Shown here: piece after piece, positions 33,043 through 44,359 of the stretch
Layout of the letters: each line of letters begins with the position of its first letter
Numbering within the stretch: position 1 is the stretch's first letter
Origin: an uncultured virus (IMG/VR IMGVR_UViG_3300030001_000223)
Taxonomy: Duplodnaviria; Heunggongvirae; Uroviricota; Caudoviricetes
Direction: 5' to 3' (one strand)
Virus record (IMG/VR): IMGVR_UViG_3300030001_000223
Location: 1 to 64,000 of that record
DNA: 64,000 nt
Program-made: the position numbers and the translations under genes
The notes under the pieces: generated by a model
Told to the model about the DNA's origin: nothing
Databases searched by the model: none
Seen by the model: only the letters and a program-made list of their open reading frames with translations

Positions 33043-33106
33043 AGAAGTACTGTTTATAATTTGTACTTCTTTTATTTTTGTGTAAATGAAAGGAGAACGA
33101 TTATAA

Positions 33107-34664
33107 ATGGCTGATTCATATAAAAATTCAATAAAATTAGGCATTGCTCTTAAACCAACAAGCGAGGTACAAAATGAGTTAAATAGTGCTATACAACAAT
33201 TAGAGAAAAATTCTAGTATAGATTTAAAAATAGATACAAAACAAATTAATCAATCTTTAAAAGATTTTAGTGAAACTTTAAATAGTATTAGTAATCAAAT
33301 GAAAAACGGGTTTAATTTGGGGAGTGTTTTTAATGCTCAAGCAAGTAGCGTTGAAGGTGTTACTAATAAATTAAAAGAAGAACAACAAGCAATTGAACAA
33401 ACTGCAAATACTATGAAAATTTTATCTAGTACTAAAATAGGTAATTCTGATTCTAATGGAAATATAACAGAAACATTAAAAACAGTTGAACAATTACAAG
33501 AAGGTATTGGTAAAACAACTAGATTAACAACTGATTTAAAAACTGGATTAAATACTGCAACTAATACAGAAAATTTTCAGAAGTTAGAGAATATAGTTGA
33601 TAATTTACAAAACAAATTAAATAAATCAAGTAATAATAAATTTGTAAATGAATCTGTAATTACTGAATTGCAAAATAAATTAAATGGAATTAATACTAAC
33701 ACAGCCGAAAAAGAAATCAAAGAATTACAAACTACTATTAATAACTTAGGAAGTTCAGACAATCAAATAGTGAGACTACAATCAACAATTAGTAAAATGG
33801 AATCCAGTCTTACATTAATGAAAAGTAAATATGGAAGTTTAGTAGGTGATAATAGTTCAAAGTCTTCTTTAGATGCTTATGTATCTGAAATAGAAAAATT
33901 AAAAACATTAATGGCTAGTTTACAAAACGGTGGAACAATTAGTGGTCAAAAACTAGCTTCTGAATTAAATTTAGGAACAGAAGCTAGTAGGAATTTATCT
34001 AATTCAGTTAAAAATTCTAGTTCAGCACTTAAACTAGCTCAACAAGATGCAAATTCTTTTGGAGGAACATTATCTAAAGTTTTGAGCAACGCTGGAATAT
34101 ATATGGGTGCTTATCAAGGTATTCAAATGTTAACTAATGCCGTAAAAGATGGTGCAAAATATGTAGAGTATTTAAATGCATCTTTTACAGATATGAAAAT
34201 GACAATGGATATTTCAGAAAGTGGTTTTACTAAATTATCTTCAGAAATAGATGAAATGGGTAAAAAAATCGGTGCAGTTTCTACAGATATGCATGATATC
34301 GCTAGAGTTTATGCTAACGCTAATACGTCTGCCGATGAAATAATGCAGAAGGTTAAGTCTGCTTCTGAATTGTCAAATATATCTGGCATGAGTGGAGTAG
34401 ATACTACAAAATCCATGCAATCAGTAATAAATCAGTTTAAGCTAATGTCGCAAGAAGGTGCTACTGCTAGTTCAGTCACTCAACATGTTGGAGATGTATT
34501 AACTACTGTTTCTAGAAATATGCAATATGATTTTGCAGATGGAATAAAGCAAGTTAATGAAGCAATAAAGACTTCAGGTTCAGTGGCAGAGACTGCTGGA
34601 GTAAGTTTAGAGTCATATGCTTCTATGGCAGGTGCTTTTATACAACAAACAGGCAAAACTGGGT
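33107..34664 (+). CDS. Tape measure protein, exon 1
   Basis: Coiled-coil followed by TP901-like core repeats; ends at the predicted 5' splice site ...ACTGGGT. Confidence 0.85.
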
Positions 34665-34804
34665 TAAATTTAGGCTCAGTATAAACTTATTCTAATATAC
34701 GGCGAACACCCAGAGATGGACAACGCCTTGGAAGATTAATTTTAATACATAATAAAATAAATTAAAAGTGTTTACAATGATATAATAAAAAGGTATTATT
34801 ATAT

Positions 34805-34920
34805 TAGAAACTAGATAAGGAGTAATTAACCATATTGAAAAGGAGTATCCGAACTCCCTGTTTCTATTTTTATAAATTCGGAAATAAATTAAAATACATA
34901 TCGGAGGTATTATAGTAATG
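34805..34920 (+). ncRNA. Structured 5'-leader RNA, copy 4 (loop palindrome TAATTA), inside the intron
   Basis: P1 tagaaac/gtttcta; P3 ggagt/actcc; loop tccga is complementary to tcgga twice downstream, the second at the SD; promoter TTTACA-N17-TATTAT at 34771-34799. Confidence 0.7.
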
Positions 34921-35955
34921 AAAGTAGGAAACTTAGAAGTATATGGTATTATATATAAAATAATAAATAAGTTAAACAATAAGATATATATTGGACAAAC
35001 AGCTAGAGATTTTAATAAAAGATATTTTTATACAGGAGAAACAAAATTAGAAAGAGTTTATAATCTGCATAAAAATATAAAAGAAAAGAATAATGGATAT
35101 TATAATAGACACTTATTAGAGTCTATGGAAAAATACAGTTTAAATAATTTTGAATTGGTTGAAGTCTTTGATATAGCTTTTTCAAAAGAAGAACTAAATA
35201 TTAAAGAACAATGTTGGATTAACGTTTACGATAGTTATCATAATGGATATAATCAAAATTTAGGCGGAGATGGGAATTATGGAGTTGAACGGAAAAAAGG
35301 AAAAGATAATCCAAGTTCTAAAGCTGTGGTTCAATTAAATAAAAAAGGAAAATATATAAAAACGTGGGATTGTATGGCTGATGCTGAAAGAGAATTACAG
35401 ATTGCCATAGGATGTATAAGTGGAGTATGCATTGGTTTATGTGATAAAAATGGATACATAAGAAAATCAATAGGTGGTTTTATGTGGAAATTTTTAGACG
35501 ATTATAATAAAGAAGAATCAATTATATATGATAATAAGGTAGGAGAGTATAATAAAAAACCTATAGTTCAACTAGGTTTAAATGGGGATTTTATAAAAGA
35601 ATATAATTCCATATCTGACGCTTGCAAAGAAACAGAAGGTTCTATAACATCTAAAATATCTAATTGTTGTCAAAATAAAAGAAAATCTCATAATGGTTAT
35701 ATATGGATATATAAAAGAGATTATAATAAAGATAATAATTATAATTATAATGTAAAAAATAGTGGGAAAAATAAACCAGTAATTCAACTATCAAAAGATA
35801 ATATTTTTATTAAAGAATATAATAGTATGTCTGATGCAAGTAAAGAATTAAATTTAAATATATCAAAAATATCTAATTGTTGTAATAATAAAAGAAAAAC
35901 ACATGGAAATTATATATGGTTATTTAAAGAAAACTATCAAGCTATAATAAAATAA
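34918..35955 (+). CDS. Intron-encoded GIY-YIG homing endonuclease with three NUMOD1-like repeats
   Basis: GIIYKI..KIYIGQT..E..GYN; repeated KPIVQL...IKEYNSISDA...ISNCC..KRKSHNGYIW. Confidence 0.92.
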   Translation: MKVGNLEVYGIIYKIINKLNNKIYIGQTARDFNKRYFYTGETKLERVYNLHKNIKEKNNGYYNRHLLESMEKYSLNNFELVEVFDIAFSKEELNIKEQCWINVYDSYHNGYNQNLGGDGNYGVERKKGKDNPSSKAVVQLNKKGKYIKTWDCMADAERELQIAIGCISGVCIGLCDKNGYIRKSIGGFMWKFLDDYNKEESIIYDNKVGEYNKKPIVQLGLNGDFIKEYNSISDACKETEGSITSKISNCCQNKRKSHNGYIWIYKRDYNKDNNYNYNVKNSGKNKPVIQLSKDNIFIKEYNSMSDASKELNLNISKISNCCNNKRKTHGNYIWLFKENYQAIIK

Positions 35956-36217
35956 GAATCAAAAATAAGCTAAAGTTTAACACTCTTTAGTTTATTTTAT
36001 TATGTATTAAATTAATCACCAACAACGACTTAACGAATAAGGCTTGTATTTCTTATACAAGTATGTAAAAGTCTGAACTACACGCTATAATCTAAAAAAG
36101 AAACGTGTGAGAAAAGGTCAAGTGTAAAGACACTTTAAGAAGAACCTTTTCCGCTATATAATATTATTAATTATATAGTCAGTAGCCTTTAAATGAAGGG
36201 TGAAAGTAACAGAATCG

Positions 36218-39200
36218 CAGAATTTGCAGATTCATTTAAAATGGTATCAGCTAGAGTATTACAACAAAAAGAATTAGGTGCAGATTTAGGTATTTCAGAA
36301 GCAGATATGGCAGGAGCAGAAAAGGCATTAACTAAATATAATATATCTATCAGAGAGTCTAATGGGGGGTTAAGAAATTTAGATGATATATTAAAAGATA
36401 CATCGGTTGCTTTTTCAACCATGAGTGACAGTGATAAACAATATGTTGCAAATAAACTAGCAGGTGTCAGACAAACATCAAGTTTTATAGCCATGATGGA
36501 TTCTATGAAAGTTCAACAAGATCTATATGGAAAAGCATTGGCATCAACTGGTGCTTTAGAAGATGCAAATTCAATTAAAGCAGAAAGTTATCAAGGAAAA
36601 TTAAACACTCTTAAAACAACTTTTAATCAATTATCAGCAACAATGATAAATGGAAAAATGTTAACTGGTGGTTTAGATATAGCTAGTGGTTCATTAAATG
36701 GAATTAACACAGTTGCTAGTAAATTAGGTACATTCCCAACATTAATAATGGCTATAACTGGTGCATTAACAATATTTAATACTAAATTTAGAGAAAATGT
36801 TAATATAATTGGTGGAGTAATTCCTGGATATTCAAAACTTACAAATTCTTTAAATGGATTAAAAGAAAGTTTATCAGCACAGGCAATAAAACAAGCAGAA
36901 AATATAAGTACATTAAAAACATTTGAAATGGCATATCAAAGTGGTGGAGTTTCAGTTAAAGGAATGTCTACTCAATTAGCAGGAATGGAAGCTAAATTAG
37001 TAGCAACAAGATTAGCGATGGTTGCTACTACAATTGCCACAGTTGCTATGGAAACAGCAGTAAGTATGGGTTTATCATTAGCAGTATCTTTCGCAATAAC
37101 AAAAATAATGGATTTAGTAAATGCACAAGAAAATTTAAAAAAGTCTAATGAAGAAGTTATATCTAGTTATAAAAGTGAAAAAGAAAGTATAACCAACGCT
37201 ACTAATTTATTGAAGCAAAAAACAGATTTAGAAAATAAAATATCTCAAACCAATGAAGGAACTAAAGAAAACAAAGATTTAAAAGAAAAGTTATTAGATA
37301 TTGAACGTCAACTAGCAACAGCATTACCTAATAGTGTAACAGGATTTGATTCAGAAGGAAAAGCTATATCCTCAAATAATAAACAAATTGAAGAACAAAT
37401 TAGACTAAAAAAAGAATCTATGTTAGCAGATACTATGAAACAATTAGGTAAAAATAATTCTGCAATAGATTTAACGTTAGGATACAATAATGGAGATCTT
37501 AGTAATATTCAGAATACTTTAGAAACGTTAAAAAAAACTAAAGCAGAATTTGAAAGTCAACTTGAAAGTGCTACAACAAATTTTGAAAAGTGGCAAGCAA
37601 AAACAGGAATAGAAAGTTATTCAAAAATGATAACAGATGCAGAATCCAGAATAGCTTCAAATAGAAGTCTAGTATTGCAAGCAGTAGACGCTGGCAAATC
37701 GTATCAACAAATAGCTGATGAAATGGGAGTATCTGAAGATGTTGTAAAAAGTTATGGAAAGGCAGTTCAAGATAATACTGAAAAACAAAAACAAAATTCC
37801 AATCAAATTAAAGAAGCATCAAATCAAACAAAAATTTTAGCACAAGCAAATAAAGAATTAAGTAGTGGTTCTAATCTTAGTACAGATACTATTAGTAAAA
37901 TAGCTGAAATTTATCCTGAAGTTGGAGATAATGCAGAAAAAGCAACAGCAAAAGTTGATGAGTTTAATAATTCTGTAAAAGAAGCCCAAGCAAAGGAAGT
38001 TGAAGATGCAACAACCGCATATACAAAATCAGCAGAAGAAATAGCTAAAGCACAAGGGTTTTTAGATAAACTTAATAAATCTCAAGCTGTAACCCCAGCT
38101 TTAGTTGGTGAAGTTTTAAAAGTATATCCAGAATTAGCAACTAGTTTAGGTAGTGTTACTAGTCTTCAAGAAGGATTAAATAGTAAGATAAAAGAACAAC
38201 AAGTTAGTCAAAATGAAGCCTATTTAACTATGATGTCAGATGATGAAACATTTTATCAAAATAAAATTGCCAATAACGATGAATATAAGAATGCATATAA
38301 TAATCTATTAAATGCATTCGTAGCAGATGGGGAACAAGCATATACTATAGATTTTTCAAAATATAAAACTCTTAACGAACTAAAGCAAGGAACAATGAAT
38401 AGTTTCGGTACGTCTGTTAATAAATGGTTGTCTCAGTATGTAGATGTTAATGCAGATGGCTATGCAGTAGATTTGTCTAATTTTACAGATATAGCAAAAG
38501 CAAAAGTCGCAGTTCTTGCAAAGCTAAATGAAGAAATAAAAAAGATTAATGCAAATTTAGCTGGTACAGAAGCGATGAAATCAGTATTTGACAATACTAA
38601 TCAAAGATTAGAATGGCAAGGAGACACTGATTTACCACAGTCTGATGCTGATAAATTTTTACAAAAATCGAATGATGATGTTATTTCTAAATATAAAACA
38701 AAAATTGATCAATTGAACGGTGCGGTTAAAGAAGTTGATACTAAGTTTGATGGATTTGGTACAAGCATGAAAGGTTTCTCAGGCGGGGATTTAGGTGGGG
38801 CTTCTGATTTTAGTGGAACTGGAGAAGATTCTGGCAAAAAAGGTAAATCAGCAGAAACTTTAGCAAAAGAAGCAGAAGCTGAATTAGTTAAATCAGAAAA
38901 ACAAATGCTTACTGATATTACTGATGCATATAATCAAGCAAAAGATAAAATAGATGATGATATTAATGCAATAGATACATCACTTCAATTACTTGGAGAT
39001 GCAGATGATTCCAATTTTACTCAACGTGTAGATTTAGCTACTCAAAAAATAGCTAAACAAAAGGATGAAGTAACTAATGCAAGTGACCAATTACAAAAAT
39101 TAAAAGATACAACGGTTACTACAGCAGAAGCACAGAAAGAACTAGAATCAGCTACATTAAAAGCTTCTAAAGAATTACGTACTCAAACTCTTGAAGCGAG

Positions 39201-40941
39201 TAAACTTCAAAAAGAATTAGAAAAGACTACACAAGAAGAAATTAAAGCAACTTTAGAAAAACAAAAGGAAATTGATACTGAGACACTTGATGCACAACAA
39301 AAAGCACAAACTGATAGATTAGATGCTATTAAAACTAAACAAGAAACTTTACATCAAGAAAAGTTAGATGCTTTAGATTCTGAAACCAAAGCTTTAGAGG
39401 CGCAATCAACAGCCTTAGACGAACAAAATACTGCAACAGAAAGAGCTACTGAATTAGAAAAAGAGAAGACTGACCTTTTAGAAAAACAACAAGAATTAAC
39501 AAATTTAGAAAGTCAAAAAACTAATCAAGTATATCAAAAGCAAGCAGACGGCTCTTGGAACTTCATGTATGTTTCTGATAAAGAAGCTGTATCTTCCAAA
39601 CAAAAGGAAGTTGATACCGCTCAAGCTACTTTAGATGAAACAAATAGAAAAAATGCTTTAGATGATGCTAAAAAAGAAATAGAAGACCAAAAAAGTGTTA
39701 TTGAAGCAGAAAAAACATCTGAAGATACTGCATACGATAAGAAAAAATCATATTTAGATAAATATTCAGATGATTTAAAAGAATCACAAGAAAGAGATAA
39801 ACAACGTCTTGAAACTCATTATGCTGATATTGATACTTTATCAAAAGAGACATTAAAACAGTTAGAAACAGAATATAATAATAATTGGGATGCGATAGCT
39901 GAACATATAACTACAACTTTGACTGCAACTAAAAAGCAATTAGAAGATTTAACTACATTGAAAGCCAATTTTACAACCACTGAAGCAGATGAGGCTATTA
40001 ATAGTGGTGATGTATCGGGTTATATAAATAAAAATAAAAGTAAAATGACTGATGAAGCTAAAGTAGACGAAAACGAGATAAATACTAATCTAAAGAATAT
40101 TGACACAAGTGCAAAAGTTGCTAATACTTCTATTGATGACTTAACTCAAAGTTATAAAGATTTATTATCTGTAAAAAATAATAATGAAATAACAAATGAA
40201 GATATCACAACTAGAAAGTCACAAGTTAAAACAATAACTAATATAGATTCAGAAGGATTAAATACGTCCTTAAAGAATTTACAAGATACTGATAAGAAAC
40301 TTGAAATTGAGCAAGATACCCATTGTAAAACTGAATTAACAAGACAAAGTAAAGCACAAGATGATGAGTTGGCTAGTTTAAAGAAGTTCTCAGAATCATA
40401 TTTATTAGTTACTAACAAATTCTTAGAATTATTACAAGTAGTATATGACTTCAGATTTAATAATATTACTACAATTGTTAGTGGTGCTGTGAGTAATATA
40501 TTAGAAGCATTGATACAAACTGAAGCAGATTATGAAAAATTTGCTGAAATGTGGAATAAAATGCATAAAGAAGATGACCAAATACCTTCAAGTGTGGATA
40601 TTTCAAGTAATGTATCTGGGACTGCTAGTTATAAACAATCTACTACAGATTATCAAACTGGTAAATTGTCCTTATATTCTGCTGATGCTTTTGAAAAATA
40701 TGCAAGTCAAATTGGAAACGGAATAAGTGAAAGTTTATTAAGTAAGCTTAGTAACTATTCAGCTTCTGTTGGAGTATCAACTAGTACAAGTAATTCATCA
40801 ACGGTAAATAATAAGAGTAATTCATCTTCTAGTAGTACTACTAATGTTAATATTAGTCAACTTGATGTAAATACAAAAGATGCACAAACATTATTAAATC
40901 AATTATTAATAATAGTTCAAAACAAAACAAACTTGAGTTAG
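36218..40941 (+). CDS. Tape measure protein, exon 2 (spliced product 2093 aa)
   Basis: Continues the TMP core (GLRNLDDIL...LAGVRQ), then hydrophobic segments and a long coiled coil. Confidence 0.88.
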
Positions 40942-40975
40942 GAAAATCATCCTAACTCTTTTTATAAATAGTGAG

Positions 40976-41275
40976 GTGAATAGAGTAATGGATTTAAATT
41001 TAAATAAAGGTGCGGATATTCTTATAAATGCAATGCAAATCCATTCAAAAAATGAAGTAGATAGAAATGCAATAAAAAGTATGCATAGACAAGGATATAT
41101 AAAAACAGTTTTAGGAAATAATTTATATACTGTAGTTATAGATGAAGAAGATTATACAATAGAAGCAAGAGATGGATTAAATTTATCTGTAAATGATATA
41201 GTTATAATAATGTTGTATAACGGAGATATAAGTAGATCTTGGATAATAGATAAAAAACCAAAAAGATGGAAATAA
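40976..41275 (+). CDS. Small tail-tip region protein
   Basis: Beta-rich ORF directly after the TMP. Confidence 0.55.
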   Translation: MNRVMDLNLNKGADILINAMQIHSKNEVDRNAIKSMHRQGYIKTVLGNNLYTVVIDEEDYTIEARDGLNLSVNDIVIIMLYNGDISRSWIIDKKPKRWK

Positions 41276-41310
41276 TTATAAAAACAATATAAGAAAGGAG
41301 ATATTTTATT

Positions 41311-42531
41311 ATGGAAACCAATAATCAACAAATATGTGGATTATCTAGAAATAGAACATTGTCTTGTAGAATAGAATTATTAGATTCAATAAATTATAAT
41401 GTAGTGGATACTTTACAAGGAGAAATAACTACAGGAAGTATAACTTTAACTAATAATAATTCAACAAGCAGTGCAAGTGGTTCTAGTGGAGATGATAGTG
41501 ACAATAGTAATTTTGCAAGAATATCAGGTAGTATTGAATTTATTTTATCTTCTGATTTAGTAATAGATTATTTTAAATTAGATTTAAAACATTTAATACG
41601 ATTGATTGTAATAATTAAAGATAATGTTAGTTCTATATCTGCTTCATATACTTTAGGAATCTGCATTATAAACACTCCTAATATTATTAGAGGAATTGAT
41701 GGAAGTAATAAAATATCTATAAATTTAAATGATTTAATGTCAAATTTTAATGGAGATTTTAGTGGGGAACTCGATCATAAAGTTACAATAGAAGCAAGTG
41801 ATACTACTAGTGCTAATTTATCACAGACTATTCAAGGAATTGCAACTAATGCAGATTTAATGGGGTTAGATATTAGTAAAGTTATATTTGAATCTAATAC
41901 ATATCAAATATTATCTGAAATTACTTGTGAAGTAGGTGGCAAGGTAACGGATTTATTGAAATCATTAATGGATTTATATAAGGGGTATGAATTATTTTTT
42001 AATGCAGATGGTATATTAGTTTATCAAAAAATTAAAAAATATAGTACAGATTATCCTATTCAAGAATATAATAATAGCCCTAATATTATTAGTTATAGTA
42101 TAAAAAAAGATTTTACTAATGTGAGAAATGATATAGTTGTCTTAGGTTGTACTGAAAGTGATACATCTAATAATAATGTTGGTAAACAGTATAAGGGAGA
42201 ATCAACTGAAGAAAATGATAATCACCCTTTTAGTATAAATAATATTGGTAAAAGAAAAAAAGTTATTTCTGATGAAAAGCAATTAACTGATGATTCTTGT
42301 AAAAGTGAAGCAGACTATTGGTTAGATAAATATACAAATTATGCTGAAACTTTAGAGCTGAATATACTACAAGACTTTAGACTAATACCTAATAGAGTTA
42401 TAAAAGTGACATATACAGATGATAATATTTCTATAAATAATAAAAGATATTTAATAAATAGTGTTACTTTTGGATTAAAACCGTCTGATTTATCTACAGT
42501 AAGTTGTTCATTGTTATATGATAATATTTAA
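41311..42531 (+). CDS. Putative tail tip/baseplate hub protein
   Basis: ELFFNADGILVY and DFTNVRNDIVVLG motifs; position after the TMP. Confidence 0.6.
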   Translation: METNNQQICGLSRNRTLSCRIELLDSINYNVVDTLQGEITTGSITLTNNNSTSSASGSSGDDSDNSNFARISGSIEFILSSDLVIDYFKLDLKHLIRLIVIIKDNVSSISASYTLGICIINTPNIIRGIDGSNKISINLNDLMSNFNGDFSGELDHKVTIEASDTTSANLSQTIQGIATNADLMGLDISKVIFESNTYQILSEITCEVGGKVTDLLKSLMDLYKGYELFFNADGILVYQKIKKYSTDYPIQEYNNSPNIISYSIKKDFTNVRNDIVVLGCTESDTSNNNVGKQYKGESTEENDNHPFSINNIGKRKKVISDEKQLTDDSCKSEADYWLDKYTNYAETLELNILQDFRLIPNRVIKVTYTDDNISINNKRYLINSVTFGLKPSDLSTVSCSLLYDNI

Positions 42532-42691
42532 TAAAAACATAATACTAATAAATAAATTATAAAACAAACGTTGTAATTTTCTTTTATTAGTATTATTATA
42601 TAAGCATACCGAATAAATACAAATTGTGGTATAATATTCTAAGAAAACAATATGGTGTATTTATATAATGATACTAAGGAGAGTGGACAAT

Positions 42692-43495
42692 ATGAAAAAA
42701 TCTATAAGAAAATTAATAGTTATAGGCTTGATATCAAGTTCAATAAGTATTTTACCATTAGTTGGAGCAAGTGCAGAATGGAAACAAAATTTAGATAACA
42801 CATGGTCAAATACAGATGTTTCAGATGGTTGGTTTAAAGATGATTCAAATTGGTATTTCTTTAAGAATGGAGTTATGCAAACTGGTTGGTTAAAAGATTC
42901 TAATGGAAAATACTATTATCTATCGAGTAATGGAAATATGTTATCAAATACAACTACACCAGATGGATTTAAAGTAGATAATAATGGAGTCTGGATTCAA
43001 AATACAACAATAAATTCAAATAATACTACTAACATAAGTACAAATGTAGCAAATACCGCTAATAGCAATAATAGTTCTAATACTAATGTAACTAGCAATA
43101 CGGATAACAGTACAAAAACCACAGCTAATACGACATTAAATAATACTGGAGTAATTAATGCTAATACAACTAACAATGTTGATGTTACAGTTGATAATAC
43201 CAGTAAAGCTGAGAATGAATATTATAAAGAGTTAAAGAAGAGTGAGCAAAAAAGTGATGATAGTTTAAAAGCATATTATCAAAAACAATTAGATGAAGCG
43301 AGATCAGATTTAGCATCAGCACAACAAGAACTAAGTAATGTTAAAGGTCAATTAACTAACAAGACATTAACAAAACAGTCAGATGGTACATGGCAATATG
43401 TATATGTTGCAGATTCACAAAAAGTAGCACAATGTGAAAAGAAGGTAAAAAGTTGTCAAAGTAATGTTGATTATTATGAGAAACTGGTTAAATAA
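42692..43495 (+). CDS. Secreted cell-wall (choline-binding repeat) protein with Asn/Thr linker and TMP-like C-terminal domain
   Basis: Signal peptide MKKSIRKLIVIG...ASA/EWKQ; WYFFKNGVMQTGWLKDSNGKYYYLSSNGNM repeats; C-terminus similar to TMP 39454-39636. Confidence 0.85.
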   Translation: MKKSIRKLIVIGLISSSISILPLVGASAEWKQNLDNTWSNTDVSDGWFKDDSNWYFFKNGVMQTGWLKDSNGKYYYLSSNGNMLSNTTTPDGFKVDNNGVWIQNTTINSNNTTNISTNVANTANSNNSSNTNVTSNTDNSTKTTANTTLNNTGVINANTTNNVDVTVDNTSKAENEYYKELKKSEQKSDDSLKAYYQKQLDEARSDLASAQQELSNVKGQLTNKTLTKQSDGTWQYVYVADSQKVAQCEKKVKSCQSNVDYYEKLVK

Positions 43496-43574
43496 TTAAG
43501 ATTAGTATATATAGTTTAATTTAAGACTTAGATTTATTTCTAGGTCTTTTTATTATGTAAGATTAGAATAAAAT

Positions 43575-43805
43575 CTAATCTTCAAGTTTAATTCTATGAA
43601 TTTTAACTTTCTTTCGTTCAACTAAATCATTAATTTCACAATCAAAGAATTCGCATAAAATTTCTAAATGTTCTTTATTGATCATTTTAAAAGTATTATT
43701 TACATAATCACTAATAGTTCCTTGACGTATACCAGTTTGACGGCTTAATTCTCTTTGACCTATATTATGTTGTTCCATTATTTCTTTTAGTTTTAAATGT
43801 ATCAT
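43575..43805 (-). CDS. XRE/Cro-C1 HTH repressor
   Basis: QRELSRQTGIRQGTISDYVNN...LCEFFDCEINDLV. Confidence 0.9.
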   Translation of the reverse strand: MIHLKLKEIMEQHNIGQRELSRQTGIRQGTISDYVNNTFKMINKEHLEILCEFFDCEINDLVERKKVKIHRIKLED

Positions 43806-43844
43806 ATCATCACCTCAATTATATTATACCATAAAATTTAAAAA

Positions 43845-43933
43845 TGATACGAAAAAAGTTTCAAAAAAGTATTGACACGAAAATTGTATCAATGTATAGT
43901 ATAAATATACCAAGTGATACGAAATATGTATCA
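43845..43933. promoter_or_regulatory. Three palindromic operators TGATAC-N7-GTATCA across divergent promoters
   Basis: tgatacgaaaaaagtttca (43845), tgacacgaaaattgtatca (43873, overlaps TTGACA), tgatacgaaatatgtatca (43915). Confidence 0.8.
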
Positions 43934-43958
43934 AATAAAACTTGAGGAGAGTGTTATT

Positions 43959-44321
43959 ATGGAAACAATTATTAATAATGATTATGAAAGCAACCTACCA
44001 CAAAGAACCATAGAATATTTAGGGTTCTTAAATTTCTTACAAGAACAAAGAGATTGGGATAATGATTTAGTAATTATAAGTGGTGAAGAGTGGGATAAGT
44101 TTTATGATCCTACTACAGATGATGAATATGAAATGAAACTAGATATAGTTAATGTCAAAGACTTCTTTAATAAATTTGCAGAGATAACTAAAACAGACCA
44201 ATGGAAATTTGAGAATTATTTTGTTAGTAGTAAATACATAGATGAATGGACGTATAATACAATGAATTTAATAGTTAAAGTTGATGGATTGAATCAAAGA
44301 TTTATTATTGATTGCGTTTAA
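43959..44321 (+). CDS. Acidic hypothetical protein, paralog of 29788-30276
   Basis: Visible similarity to the paralog; RBS GAGGAG. Confidence 0.7.
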   Translation: METIINNDYESNLPQRTIEYLGFLNFLQEQRDWDNDLVIISGEEWDKFYDPTTDDEYEMKLDIVNVKDFFNKFAEITKTDQWKFENYFVSSKYIDEWTYNTMNLIVKVDGLNQRFIIDCV

Positions 44322-44359
44322 TTAATGGTTATATCGTAGAAATACTTTATAATATATAG

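Larger units (their letters stand above)
34665..36217 (+). mobile_element. Group I self-splicing intron (1553 nt) carrying a GIY-YIG homing endonuclease
   Basis: P1 ACUGGGU/GCUCAGU with U.G at the splice site; P3 cttattc/gaataag; P4 ggcg/cgcc; P7 gact/agtc; P8 cttgtat/atacaag; terminal G; splicing restores the frame (KTG-S-EFADSFK). Confidence 0.92.

Noticed and set aside
32506..33106. Programmed frameshift in the tail assembly chaperone
   Set aside because: No second overlapping frame of useful length is evident between the chaperone and the TMP start
34665..34684. Apparent C-terminus LNLGSV* of a 525-aa protein
   Set aside because: Read-through into the intron P1/internal guide sequence
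36193..36217. ORF-track start MKGESNRI for a separate 1582-aa protein
   Set aside because: These codons are the 3' end of the intron; the frame is exon 2 of the tape-measure gene
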